Source: Desulfuromonadales bacterium
GTDB lineage: Bacteria > Desulfobacterota > Desulfuromonadia > Desulfuromonadales > JAWOCM01
Length of the DNA stretch: 64,000 nucleotides
Reading direction: 5' to 3'
NCBI GenBank assembly: GCA_046483795.1
Contig: JAWOCM010000059.1
Span: forward strand, 1,964-65,963
The notes beneath the pieces are model-generated. The model was not told where the DNA came from and searched no databases. It saw only the letters and a program-made list of their open reading frames with translations. The position numbers and the translations under genes were made by a program. Below are positions 51,737 through 62,799 of the stretch, in pieces. Position 1 is the first letter of the stretch. Each line of letters begins with the position of its first letter.

Positions 51737-52930
51737 CTACTCGATAATTTCGCTGACGACACCGGCGCCAACGGTACGACCACCTTCACGGATTGCGAAG
51801 CGCAGCTCCTTGTCCATGGCGATCGGGGTGATCAGCTCGACTGAGATGCTGACGTTGTCCCCGGGCATGACCATCTCGGTGCCCTCGGGAAGCTCGACCA
51901 CGCCGGTCACGTCGGTGGTGCGGAAGTAGAACTGGGGACGGTACCCCTTGAAGAACGGGGTATGACGGCCGCCCTCTTCCTTGGTCAGGATATACGCCTC
52001 GCCCTTGAACTTGGTGTGCGGCGTAATGCTGCCCGGCTTGGCCAGAACCTGACCGCGCTCGATGTCTTCGCGCTTGACGCCGCGAAGCAGGATCCCGACG
52101 TTGTCGCCGGCCTGACCCTGGTCGAGCAGCTTGCGGAACATCTCGACCCCGGTCACAACCGTCTTGACGGTGTCCTTCATGCCGACGATCGCGATCTCTT
52201 CGCCGACCTTGACGATACCGCGCTCTACACGACCGGTCGCCACGGTGCCGCGTCCGGAGATGGAGAACACGTCCTCGACAGGCATCAAAAAGGGCTTGTC
52301 GATGTCGCGCTCGGGAGCGGGAATATAGCTGTCGACAGCTTCCATCAACTCGAGAATCTTGTTCTTGCCGATCTCGTCGTCGCGGCCCTCAAGAGCGGCC
52401 AGGGCGCTGCCGGAGATGACGGGAATGTCGTCACCGGGAAAGTCGTAGGAGGAAAGCAGCTCGCGAACCTCCAGCTCGACCAGCTCCATGAGCTCCTCAT
52501 CGTCCACCATATCGGCCTTGTTCAGGAACACGACCATGGCGGGGATGCCGACCTGACGCCCAAGCAGGATATGCTCGCGGGTCTGGGGCATGGGGCCGTC
52601 AGCAGCGGAAACAACCAGAATGCCTCCGTCCATCTGCGCCGCGCCGGTGATCATGTTCTTGACATAGTCGGCGTGACCGGGGCAGTCGACGTGTGCGTAG
52701 TGCCGGTTGGGCGTTTCGTACTCGACATGGGCGGTGGCGATGGTGATGCCGCGCTCACGCTCCTCGGGAGCGTTGTCGATCTGATCGAAGGCCTTGACAT
52801 CACCGGAACCGGCCTGCTCGGCCATGATCTTGGTGATGGCGGCAGTCAGTGTGGTCTTGCCATGGTCAACGTGACCGATGGTACCGATATTTACGTGAGG
52901 CTTTGTTCTCTCATACTTGGCTTTGGACAT
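51737..52930 (-). CDS. tuf: Elongation factor Tu
   Basis: 397 aa starting [32 protein letters not shown], with DCPGHADY and NKAD downstream. Confidence 0.97.
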   Translation of the reverse strand: MSKAKYERTKPHVNIGTIGHVDHGKTTLTAAITKIMAEQAGSGDVKAFDQIDNAPEERERGITIATAHVEYETPNRHYAHVDCPGHADYVKNMITGAAQMDGGILVVSAADGPMPQTREHILLGRQVGIPAMVVFLNKADMVDDEELMELVELEVRELLSSYDFPGDDIPVISGSALAALEGRDDEIGKNKILELMEAVDSYIPAPERDIDKPFLMPVEDVFSISGRGTVATGRVERGIVKVGEEIAIVGMKDTVKTVVTGVEMFRKLLDQGQAGDNVGILLRGVKREDIERGQVLAKPGSITPHTKFKGEAYILTKEEGGRHTPFFKGYRPQFYFRTTDVTGVVELPEGTEMVMPGDNVSISVELITPIAMDKELRFAIREGGRTVGAGVVSEIIE

Positions 52931-53071
52931 TGCGTCAACCTCCCTCTCCTAGGAAAAATGATTTTTTTGCCCAGCAGATAACTCAGGCTTGATGATTTAA
53001 TTTATTGACCAGCTCGAAAGCTACAACCTTCTTCGATTTAAACACGAAAACCCCCTGCAGAGGAAAACGAA

Positions 53072-53147
<76 letters not shown>

Positions 53148-53184
53148 CCACCTCATCCCCTACAAAGAGCAGGACTGATTAATT

Positions 53185-53261
53185 TGGAGCGGGAAACGGG
53201 ATTCGAACCCGCGACCCTCAGCTTGGAAGGCTGATGCTCTAGCCAACTGAGCTACTCCCGC
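53185..53261 (-). tRNA. tRNA-Gly (TCC)
   Basis: The reverse complement is GCGGGAGTAGCTCAGTTGGCTAGAGCATCAGCCTTCCAAGCTGAGGGTCGCGGGTTCGAATCCCGTTTCCCGCTCCA, with anticodon loop CT-TCC-AA. Confidence 0.92.
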
Positions 53262-53379
53262 CCAAACAGTGAATCAGTTATGTTGAAACTGGACCCTTCC
53301 CCGACAGGCATCTTCAGTTCAATCGACGTCGGTCTCCTGAGATATATACCTTGCCGCGTTCGTCCGGCATGCTGACAAA

Positions 53380-53464
<85 letters not shown>

Positions 53465-53516
53465 AGGTGAAATGTCTTTTTATTCAGTTTTAGAGAGGTC
53501 ACGCCCCAGGGCTGAC

Positions 53517-53592
53517 TGGAGCTGGCGACAGGAATCGAACCCGCAACCTGCTGATTACAAGTCAGCTGCTCTACCAGTTGAGCTACGCCAGC
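53517..53592 (-). tRNA. tRNA-Thr (TGT)
   Basis: The reverse complement is GCTGGCGTAGCTCAACTGGTAGAGCAGCTGACTTGTAATCAGCAGGTTGCGGGTTCGATTCCTGTCGCCAGCTCCA, with anticodon loop CT-TGT-AA. Confidence 0.93.
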
Positions 53593-53603
53593 GCGAAAGG
53601 GGA

Positions 53604-53632
53604 TATATACATCAGCACATCACGAAATGCAA
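53604..53632 (-). promoter_or_regulatory. Proximal sigma-70 promoter of the tRNA-tuf transcript
   Basis: TTGCAT, a 17-nt spacer, then TATATA on the minus strand. The -10 element ends 11 nt before the tRNA-Thr(TGT) 5' end. Confidence 0.5.
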
Positions 53633-53673
53633 GGATTTTTTTACCCTGTCCGGCGGGCGCTGTCGAGCCAGAA

Positions 53674-53702
53674 CTTATAATTTATTTGCACATCCATGTC
53701 AA
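53674..53702 (-). promoter_or_regulatory. Distal sigma-70 promoter of the tRNA-tuf transcript
   Basis: TTGACA, a 17-nt spacer, then TATAAG on the minus strand, in the AT-rich spacer after rlmB. Confidence 0.55.
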
Positions 53703-53746
53703 GATGTTTCTCCGATTTTTTCCATGGCACATGCCATGTCGACGTT

Positions 53747-54511
53747 TCATGACGGGATAAATCGGTCGGAGGGACGCCCGACTCTTTGCCTCAGAACCTC
53801 GAACATCGCCACGCCGCCCGCTACCGAAGCATTTAACGAGCCGACATGTCCGCCCATGGGGATGGTTAACAGGCTGTCGCAATGCCGTTGCACATTGGGG
53901 CGCAATCCGCTGCCCTCGCTGCCGACCACCAGGGCAATATCGCCTGAAAGATCGGTCTGGTAAATCGATTCGCTCCCTTCGCCGGCCAGACCGTAAACCC
54001 AGACCCCCTCTTTTTTGAGTTCATCAATCGTGCGGGCCAGATTCGTCACCCGGCAGAGAGGAATATGCTCCAGCGCCCCGGCCGATGCTTTGTCCACTAC
54101 ACCGGTGACCGGAGCCGCCCGGTCTTTGGGCAGGATCACACCGTGGCAGCCGGCCGCATCGGCGCTGCGCAACAATGCCCCGAGGTTATGGGGGTCGGTG
54201 ATACCGTCGAGCAACAAGAAAAAAGCCGGGCGGTCCGATCGGCGCCACTGCTCGAGCAACCGGCCGAGATCTTCAAAGGGGAACGGCTCGAGGCGCAAAA
54301 GAGCACCCTGATGCTGCGAATGGCCTGCGAGACGATCAAGATCCTGTCGTTCGCGAGTCCGTATCGGCACACCGTTGAGCTGCGCCATCCGGCTCAGTTC
54401 CTCCAGTCGGGAGCCTTTGCCCTCGCGCAACAAAAAAAGCTCGAGAGGGCGTCGGCGACTCGACTGCAGACCCTCTCGCACCGGGTTGATGCCATAGACC
54501 AGATCCGCCAT
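53747..54511 (-). CDS. rlmB: 23S rRNA (guanosine-2'-O-)-methyltransferase RlmB (SpoU/TrmH family)
   Basis: 254 aa with an N-terminal SpoU-substrate-binding domain (VYGINPVREGL) and SPOUT motifs (LLLDGITDPHNLGALLRSA..LVVGSEGSGLR..IPM.G...SLNASVA). Confidence 0.85.
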   Translation of the reverse strand: MADLVYGINPVREGLQSSRRRPLELFLLREGKGSRLEELSRMAQLNGVPIRTRERQDLDRLAGHSQHQGALLRLEPFPFEDLGRLLEQWRRSDRPAFFLLLDGITDPHNLGALLRSADAAGCHGVILPKDRAAPVTGVVDKASAGALEHIPLCRVTNLARTIDELKKEGVWVYGLAGEGSESIYQTDLSGDIALVVGSEGSGLRPNVQRHCDSLLTIPMGGHVGSLNASVAGGVAMFEVLRQRVGRPSDRFIPS

Positions 54512-54514
54512 CGG

Positions 54515-55246
54515 TCAGTTCACCATCGCCTGCGACATCTCTTCGAGAATCTCTTCAGCGGCCTTTCCCGGGTCGTCCGCCGCAGAAATGGGACGACCGA
54601 TCACCAGGTAATCAGAGCCGGCGGCCACGGCGTCGGCAGGCGTGGTGACCCGTTTCTGATCATCCTGGCTGGCAGAGAGGGGACGCACCCCCGGCGTCAC
54701 GATAGTGAAATCGGGACCGCATGCCTCTCGAATCAGTCCTATCTCTTTGGGCGATGCCACCACGCCGTCCATACCGGCATCCTTTGCCAGGCGGGCCAGC
54801 CGTGGCACCATCTGCACAACCGGCTGCTCGATCCCGACCTCGCGCAATGTCTGTTCAGTGGAGGACGTCAGGATAGTCACCGCCAGCAAAAGGGGCCGTT
54901 GTCCGGAGCCCCGAGGATATTCGGCATCGACTTCGGCCACGACCTTTTCCATCATCTCACGACCGCCCAGAGCATGAACGTTGAACATTTTCACTCCGAG
55001 CCGGCAGGCCTCGAGACCGGCCTTCGCGACAGTATTGGGGATATCGTGATATTTCAGGTCGAGAAAAACCTCACCGCCTTCCCCACGAACCATGCGGACA
55101 ATTTCGGGGCCGCAGCGGGTGAAAAGCTGCTTGCCGATCTTGAACAACCCCACTTTGTCGTGAAGCCGCTTCACCCACTTTTCCGCCTCTTCGAAATCGT
55201 CCACATCAAGAGCAAAAATAAGACGTTTCTGCGCCGAATCCATCAT
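54515..55246 (-). CDS. pyrF: Orotidine 5'-phosphate decarboxylase
   Basis: Starts MMDSAQKRLIFALDV, with FKIG and DLKYHDIPNTV downstream. ATG 55246 overlaps the stop of the upstream DUF4388-like gene (ATGA). The track ORF to 55351 is an upstream extension. Confidence 0.92.
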   Translation of the reverse strand: MMDSAQKRLIFALDVDDFEEAEKWVKRLHDKVGLFKIGKQLFTRCGPEIVRMVRGEGGEVFLDLKYHDIPNTVAKAGLEACRLGVKMFNVHALGGREMMEKVVAEVDAEYPRGSGQRPLLLAVTILTSSTEQTLREVGIEQPVVQMVPRLARLAKDAGMDGVVASPKEIGLIREACGPDFTIVTPGVRPLSASQDDQKRVTTPADAVAAGSDYLVIGRPISAADDPGKAAEEILEEMSQAMVN

Positions 55247-56472
55247 TGCTTCCTCCCCACCAGATTCATGACGCGTTGCGCAACTTCCTGCACCCGCTGA
55301 ACGAGTTCCGCCGATTCGGTTGCTCCCAGATCGCGCCGGGCCGCCATGCATTCCATATAAATAATTTCGTTGAACGTATCAGCGAGCAGCTTCTCCTTGT
55401 CGCCTTCGGCCAACCCTTCCAGATTGGCGAGAATCCGCCCGATATCCAGAGTGCCGTCCCCGCTCAATTCCACATCGCGCAGGACGAAGGAATAAGGCTG
55501 GGGAAGCTCCTTGAGGAAACGGCGCACGGAATCGAGAAACTGGGGATTCTCCTCCCGAATCTTTTTGCACAGCGATGCCAGAGCGCTATTGCAGATCGTG
55601 GCGATCTGCCCGAGCCGGCCTCCAAGCTCAACGACAGGCGCTTCTTCGAAACGGATGCATTTTTTTTCCGCCAGTTGATAAAGCAGGCGCAACCCGTCAA
55701 ATTCTCCCATACCGCTGGCCCGGATGAGATCGCGGATGTTGCCTCTGGAGTCGAGGACCAGATCCATCATTTTCTTCTCACCGCCCGAAAGCCCTTCCGG
55801 AACACCTTCGGCGGGAATCGGAATAAAATCGAAGGAGGGGATCTTGCGCATGAACAGGGCCCGTTCGTCCACCCGTCGCAAGCCCTCCATAATCAGGTTC
55901 TGGGTGCTCATCGACAGACGCACGATCCGTTCCTTGTCAAGTTCGCGTGCCTGAAAGAAGAAACTCCCCTTCTCGAAAGCGAAAAGATTGTAAACGATGT
56001 TCTCAACCTGCAAACGACCCGCAAGCCACAAGTCCTTGGCCGCAACCACATTCTTTTCCACCAGAACCTTACCCAGCGGAGTGCCCCCCTTGACATGCTG
56101 TCGGGCCCGGTCGAGATTGTCGCGGTCCACCTTCCCGAGTTCGTAGAGGATCTCGCCAAGGTCCTCCTCGGGGAAGGAGCTGGTGGCGTAGACGACCTCA
56201 CCATCCTGAAAGAACAGCTCCTTGCGCCCTTCCTCGAACTCAAAGCCCAGTACGCCCTTTTTCCGGAACATATTGAAAAAGGAGAGAAGGTCTGCAATGT
56301 TGATTTCACCAATGCTCCCTGTGAAGACCACCGGCTGGTCGTGATCACAGGTCGAGAGGAACAGATGGCGGTCCGAATAGGTCGTCACTTCGAGGTCGGC
56401 GCCGGCCAGTTCCCTCGCAACGACATTGGGAACGAGCAACCTGCCATTGCCGTCTATTTTCAGTCTGTCCAT
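55243..56472 (-). CDS. DUF4388-like domain protein with possible SpoVT/AbrB-like N-terminus; function unknown
   Basis: 409 aa. The N-terminal sequence KIDGNGRLLVPNVVARELAG resembles the AbrB/MraZ swapped-hairpin motif. Residues around 55-165 (INIADLLSFFNMFRKKGVLGFEFEEGRKELFFQDGEVVYATSS..LGEILYELGKV..LGKVLVEKNVV) look like DUF4388. I recognise nothing in the C-terminal 240 aa. Confidence 0.6.
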   Translation of the reverse strand: MDRLKIDGNGRLLVPNVVARELAGADLEVTTYSDRHLFLSTCDHDQPVVFTGSIGEINIADLLSFFNMFRKKGVLGFEFEEGRKELFFQDGEVVYATSSFPEEDLGEILYELGKVDRDNLDRARQHVKGGTPLGKVLVEKNVVAAKDLWLAGRLQVENIVYNLFAFEKGSFFFQARELDKERIVRLSMSTQNLIMEGLRRVDERALFMRKIPSFDFIPIPAEGVPEGLSGGEKKMMDLVLDSRGNIRDLIRASGMGEFDGLRLLYQLAEKKCIRFEEAPVVELGGRLGQIATICNSALASLCKKIREENPQFLDSVRRFLKELPQPYSFVLRDVELSGDGTLDIGRILANLEGLAEGDKEKLLADTFNEIIYMECMAARRDLGATESAELVQRVQEVAQRVMNLVGRKQ

Positions 56473-56502
56473 AAATTTAACGTCCGGTTTTTCAGTTGGG
56501 GA

Positions 56503-58221
<1,719 letters not shown>

Positions 58222-58380
58222 GAGAGAAAACCTCTATTGATGAAGTGGGCGGATCCTTTGAAGGGTCAATCAACTGCCGCAAGACAAAAAGACAATCTAT
58301 CCTCTTCCAGGCAAATAATCGCAGAAAACTAGCGCATTTGTCGGCGAAATGCAACTGCAGTGAGCCTGGTAATCGGTTCG

Positions 58381-58671
58381 CTAGAATTCGAAGTCGACAG
58401 CCCTGATGCTGCTGCAGATTTCTCTGGCCTTGGAGACGACCTTCTGGTGGTCCGGATGAACCTGGTAGCGCTCCATGGCCTGAAGATCATCAAAAGAGCT
58501 GACCAGTGCGAAATCGAAGGAACGCTCCGAGCGGACCACATCACGGCCGAAGACAAACTCCCTGATCTCTTCGATGATTGCCGGAAGGCGCCCCAGACCT
58601 GTTTCGAGCTCTGCAATATCCGCCTCGCTGACTCCATCCTTGAAACTGAAGAATACGACATGCTTGATCAT
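58381..58671 (-). CDS. Dabb (stress-responsive dimeric alpha/beta barrel) family protein
   Basis: 96 aa starting MIKHVVFFSFKDGVSEADIAELETGL, with FDFALVSSFDDLQAMERYQVHPDHQKV downstream, typical of the Dabb fold. Confidence 0.75.
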   Translation of the reverse strand: MIKHVVFFSFKDGVSEADIAELETGLGRLPAIIEEIREFVFGRDVVRSERSFDFALVSSFDDLQAMERYQVHPDHQKVVSKAREICSSIRAVDFEF

Positions 58672-58743
58672 CTGTTGATATCCTTTTCTGGCGTTATGAC
58701 CTTTGGCGTTTCAGCCGGACAAGATGGGAGAAGAAAACAGGGA

Positions 58744-60087
58744 TCAGGGAAGAATCCTGCGGCACTCGACGTAGAAACGCTTCTCGTCGGCCTCCCCCAT
58801 GGAGAACGTCTTGCGCGGCAGTGCACCGTCGAGAACAATCGTTTTGAAGAGTTCGTGCTTGGAGATCGATGGCAGGAAAAAACCGACATTGCCCGCCTTG
58901 CCTCCGAGATTCTCTACAGCGTCTTCGCCGTGGATATAGTCGATTTTCGCTCCAGGAACACTCTCTAGGTAAGCATCAAGAAAGCCCTGAAGGGTGGCGA
59001 CCACGAGGTGGACAGGCGAGTTTTCCACGATGAACACACCGCGCTGTTCTCCGGCCACAAATGCAACGGCATGGCGGCCGAGGCCGATCTCCTCGTCAAC
59101 GACGGCGTCCTGCTCAGCCCGGCTGGAACACTGCTGAAGCCGGAAGGAGCCTCCCATTTGTGCGCAGTAGGCGGAGGCCGCTGAAGCCATCGCGTCGAGG
59201 TCGGCATTGAAAACGACCCGGTGAATCGCCTCGAATTCGAGGCCGGGATCATGGACATTCACCAGTTCGACCAGGGCCCATCGAGCCGGATGCGACATGA
59301 TCGCTTCCTTGTCGGCCGCGCTATCTTTCAGATCGTCCCAGATCGCCTTTGCGGTGGCGAAGGAGTGATTGCCGTCGCCCATGGCATAGAGAAGGACATC
59401 CTCATCCGTCACGCCGTAACGCTTTTCAAAGCGTGCGGGCTCGGCCAGACGCTCCAGAGAGGCGGCGACTTCTGCGACATCGTCCCGGTCGGAGATGTGC
59501 CACCCCCTGAGATGGCCTCCGCCCAGCATCAGGGGGAAATCATAGACTTTTTCCCCTTTTTTCTCGAACAACGGTTCGATCACGGTTCGATCCGGGTCGT
59601 CGATGAGAACCATGATATGCGGCAGCTCGATCGGCGCGTTGCGCCGAACCTTGATCCGCGGCGGCAACCGCTCCAGGATGGTTCCCTCCGTGGCCCGAAT
59701 GAGCGATCGGGAGTCGGCACTGTAATCGTAGCATTCCAGGTCGAGGGCAACCATCAGCCCCTTGCGCGAGGGAACCTCGCTGGTTTGCCGGTCGACAAGA
59801 ATGAAGCCTGGCGGCTGCTCAACAAGGGTGCCGTCTTCGAGGGCCTGGCGCATGGAAGCATTGATATCGGCGATCCGTTGGTCAACGTCGCTGTCCTCGA
59901 GATACACCTCGGGCAGAACCATGTCGAGCGTCGAGGGCGAATCGCCCACCTCGCGACGGACACGATCCCAGTATTCGGGGTCCGAAGTGTACTGGTCGCA
60001 GGCGATGACCGACCACCTGGTCATGTCGACCTTCTCTTCGGGCAGCAGTATCCGCGGAACTTTCAAACCGATTTTGTCAAATGTCAT
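58744..60087 (-). CDS. Conserved hypothetical protein, DUF1015-like
   Basis: 447 aa with a strong SD (GCAGGAGGA). The pattern RKGLMVALDLECYDY...SLIRATEGTILERLPPRIKVRRNAPIELPHIMVLIDD fits my recollection of DUF1015/COG4198. The family assignment is tentative; the coding call is firm. Confidence 0.7.
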   Translation of the reverse strand: MTFDKIGLKVPRILLPEEKVDMTRWSVIACDQYTSDPEYWDRVRREVGDSPSTLDMVLPEVYLEDSDVDQRIADINASMRQALEDGTLVEQPPGFILVDRQTSEVPSRKGLMVALDLECYDYSADSRSLIRATEGTILERLPPRIKVRRNAPIELPHIMVLIDDPDRTVIEPLFEKKGEKVYDFPLMLGGGHLRGWHISDRDDVAEVAASLERLAEPARFEKRYGVTDEDVLLYAMGDGNHSFATAKAIWDDLKDSAADKEAIMSHPARWALVELVNVHDPGLEFEAIHRVVFNADLDAMASAASAYCAQMGGSFRLQQCSSRAEQDAVVDEEIGLGRHAVAFVAGEQRGVFIVENSPVHLVVATLQGFLDAYLESVPGAKIDYIHGEDAVENLGGKAGNVGFFLPSISKHELFKTIVLDGALPRKTFSMGEADEKRFYVECRRILP

Positions 60088-60158
60088 TTTTTTCCATCCT
60101 CCTGCAAATTCTAAATATATTATACCGCCTACCCAGGGCGGGCCGGACGGATGTCAAT

Positions 60159-61214
60159 CTACTCGTCCTCGACCAGCTTCCAGGCCTCGTCCACAAGGGC
60201 GTCCGCCAGTTCCTTCTGGGGAACTTTGCGTACGATTTCGCCCTTTCGGAACAGCAGTCCCTGCCCCACGCCGCCGGCGAGGCCGATATCGGCCTCGCGC
60301 GCCTCTCCGGGTCCGTTGACGACACATCCCATCACCGCCACTGTGATCTTCTTCGGCAGATGGCACAGCCGTTGCTCGACCTCCTCGGCGACTTCAATGA
60401 GATCGATCTGGCAGCGTCCGCAGGTCGGGCAGCTGACGAAGACCGGCCCGCGTTCGCGCAGCTCCAGGCTTTTCAGGATCTCCCAGCCGACGCGCACCTC
60501 CTCGACCGGGTCGCCGGTCAGCGATACGCGAAGGGTGTCTCCGATACCGTCGTGGAGCAACACGCCGAGACCGACGGAGCTCTTGATGGTCCCGCTCCAG
60601 GTGGTCCCGGCCTCGGTGATGCCGATGTGCAAAGGATAGTCGACCTGATGGGCCAGCAAACGGTAAGCTTCAACGGTCCGCCTGATGTCGGATGCCTTGA
60701 GACTGACCTTGATCAGGCCGAAGCCGAGATCCTCCAGGATGCGGATATGGCCCAGAGCGCTCTCCACCATCGCCGCGGCTGTGGGGTGCCCGTGCTTCTC
60801 GAGCAACTCCTTTTCGAGGGATCCTCCGTTGACGCCGATGCGGATCGGCACGGATCGCTCGGCACAAGCCCGCACGACATCTTCGACCTTGCGCCGCTCG
60901 CCGATATTGCCGGGGTTGATCCGCAGCCCGGCCACACCACCTTCGAGAGAGGTCAGAGCCAGGCGATGGTCGAAGTGGATGTCTGCCACGACGGGGATCG
61001 GGCTTTTCCAGCATATCCCATCGAGAGCTCTCGCTGCTTCAGCGTCGGGCACCGCACAGCGCACGATTTCGCACCCGGCTGCAGCCAGGCGGCCTATCTG
61101 TTCCAGCGTCGCCTGCACGTCGCGAGTGTCGGTATTGCACATCGACTGAACCGACACCGGCGCATTGCCTCCGATGGGAACGTCGCCGATTTTGATCTGT
61201 CTTGTCTGGTGCAT
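60159..61214 (-). CDS. ispG: 4-hydroxy-3-methylbut-2-en-1-yl diphosphate synthase (flavodoxin)
   Basis: 351 aa containing TRQIKIGDVPIGGNAPVSVQSMCNTDT, with C-terminal cluster cysteines (SCPTCGRC..GCVVNGPGE). Confidence 0.95.
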   Translation of the reverse strand: MHQTRQIKIGDVPIGGNAPVSVQSMCNTDTRDVQATLEQIGRLAAAGCEIVRCAVPDAEAARALDGICWKSPIPVVADIHFDHRLALTSLEGGVAGLRINPGNIGERRKVEDVVRACAERSVPIRIGVNGGSLEKELLEKHGHPTAAAMVESALGHIRILEDLGFGLIKVSLKASDIRRTVEAYRLLAHQVDYPLHIGITEAGTTWSGTIKSSVGLGVLLHDGIGDTLRVSLTGDPVEEVRVGWEILKSLELRERGPVFVSCPTCGRCQIDLIEVAEEVEQRLCHLPKKITVAVMGCVVNGPGEAREADIGLAGGVGQGLLFRKGEIVRKVPQKELADALVDEAWKLVEDE

Positions 61215-61232
61215 GCCTGCCAGCGCTGATGA

Positions 61233-61276
61233 AGAGAAAAAAAATCGAAAACAGACAGCGGTCTTTCAAACCGCTG
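61233..61276 (-). terminator. Terminator-like hairpin plus U-tract within the ispG 5' leader
   Basis: The minus strand reads CAGCGGT-ttgaaag-ACCGCTG followed by TCTGTTTTCGATTTTTTTT. It ends 18 nt before the ispG ATG (61214). No upstream co-directional gene exists for it to terminate. Confidence 0.4.
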
Positions 61277-61398
61277 GCCCGGAGTGTATTAAGCGGACGC
61301 CGGCAAGTCAAGAAGAAGCCTTCTGCATTGACATAAGACCTCCTGCAGCGCTACTGTTATCGTTGGTCACAACCATCCGAAAGAGAGCACATCAATTT

Positions 61399-62799
61399 AT
61401 GGCGCAAAGTCCTGGGAGAAAATCCCGGAAGCCGAAAGAAACCTTCGAACTGCAGATCGACTCCCTCAACGACGACGGGCTCGGAGTCGGCCGTCATGAG
61501 GGCAAAGAGGTGCTGATCGCCGGAGCGCTACCCGGCGAACGCGTGATGGCCGAAGTCGACCACGCGGGCCAGCGACGCATCATCGCCCGGCTGCAGAAGA
61601 TTCTGCAGCAAAGCCCCGTACGCGGCTCGGGCGTCTGCCCCATGGCCCGGCGCTGCCTGGGATGCTCCCTCATTCACATGAAACCCTCCGCGCAGCTTGC
61701 CTTCAAACAGGAACTGACCCGCAAGGCGCTGGCGTTGCGGCCGTCTCTGAAAGAGGTCGAGTTGAAGCCGATCCACCCTGCGCCGCGCCACCTGGGATAT
61801 CGCACCACGGCCAAACTGGTCCTGGAGAAAACCCGGGGACAGGTCAAGGTCGGCCTCTATCGCCGCGGCAGCCACGACGTTGTCGACATCGGCGGCTGCC
61901 CTCTGCATCACCCCCTGATCAACAAGGTCGTCGAGGTGGTCCGGGAGGAAATACGTCGTCAGGATATCCACGTTTACAATCCGCGCCGGAAGAACGGCCT
62001 GCTCCGTTACCTGCTGGTGCGCGTCAGCCCATCGCGCAACGAGGCGATGGTGACTTTCGTCACGACCGAGCGCAACTACAGGGAGGTCGTCCACCTGGGC
62101 AAATGGCTCACCCGAAAGGTCCCCGAGGTGATCTCCGTACAACAGAACGTCAACGCCTCCGAGGGCAATGTCGTCCTCGGCCGTGATACCCTGAAAATGC
62201 TCGGACAGCGGCATCTGCTCGATGTTGTCGGAGACGTTCGGCTGAGCATCTCGCCCTCGAGTTTTTTCCAGGTCAATCACGATCAGGCCGGGCACATATA
62301 CGATCTTGTGCGCGGCTGGGCCGGATTGAGCCGGGAAGAAACCGCCCTGGACATCTATTGCGGGATCGGCGGCATCGCACTGCATCTGGCTCAGGACGCC
62401 GGCCGGGTCATCGGCGTCGAAGTCGTCGAGGAGGCGGTGCGCAACGCCCGGGCCAACGCCAAATTGAACAGGATCGACAACTGCTCCTTTCATGCCGGAT
62501 CCGCCTCCGAACTGCTGGACGAACTGGCCATCGAAACGCCGCCAGGCAGCGTGGCCGTTCTCAACCCTCCTCGCAAAGGCTGCGAAGAGGAGGCGCTGAA
62601 AACCCTCAGCGAGCTTTCTCCGCGTGTCATCCTTTACGTGTCCTGCAATCCGGAGAGCCTCGCCCGCGATCTCGACATTCTGGACAATCTCGGCTATCGG
62701 ACCGAAACCATGCAGCCGTTCGACATGTTCCCCCAGACGCCGCATGTGGAAAACGTCGCACGCCTGGTTCCCAGAATCCCCGCCCCGGAAAACGGCTGA
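61399..62799 (+). CDS. rlmD: 23S rRNA (uracil-C5)-methyltransferase, RlmD/RumA family (TRAM + Fe-S + SAM MTase)
   Basis: Starts at ATG 61399 (MAQSPGRKSRKPKETFELQIDSLNDDGLGVGR, the TRAM domain). It has cluster cysteines (CPMARRCLGCS..GGCPL), the SAM motif DIYCGIGGIAL, and the catalytic region VSCNPESLARD. The track ORF from 61165 overlaps ispG on the opposite strand and is an extension. Confidence 0.88.
   Translation: MAQSPGRKSRKPKETFELQIDSLNDDGLGVGRHEGKEVLIAGALPGERVMAEVDHAGQRRIIARLQKILQQSPVRGSGVCPMARRCLGCSLIHMKPSAQLAFKQELTRKALALRPSLKEVELKPIHPAPRHLGYRTTAKLVLEKTRGQVKVGLYRRGSHDVVDIGGCPLHHPLINKVVEVVREEIRRQDIHVYNPRRKNGLLRYLLVRVSPSRNEAMVTFVTTERNYREVVHLGKWLTRKVPEVISVQQNVNASEGNVVLGRDTLKMLGQRHLLDVVGDVRLSISPSSFFQVNHDQAGHIYDLVRGWAGLSREETALDIYCGIGGIALHLAQDAGRVIGVEVVEEAVRNARANAKLNRIDNCSFHAGSASELLDELAIETPPGSVAVLNPPRKGCEEEALKTLSELSPRVILYVSCNPESLARDLDILDNLGYRTETMQPFDMFPQTPHVENVARLVPRIPAPENG

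Noticed and set aside
60119-60157. Perfect TTGACA and TATAAT hexamers between ispG and the DUF1015-like gene.
   Set aside because: They are separated by 27 bp, far from the functional 16-18 bp spacing, so they cannot act as one sigma-70 promoter. A CCGCC-N7-GGCGG hairpin lies between them. TATAAT alone might be a -10 element, but I cannot support a promoter call.
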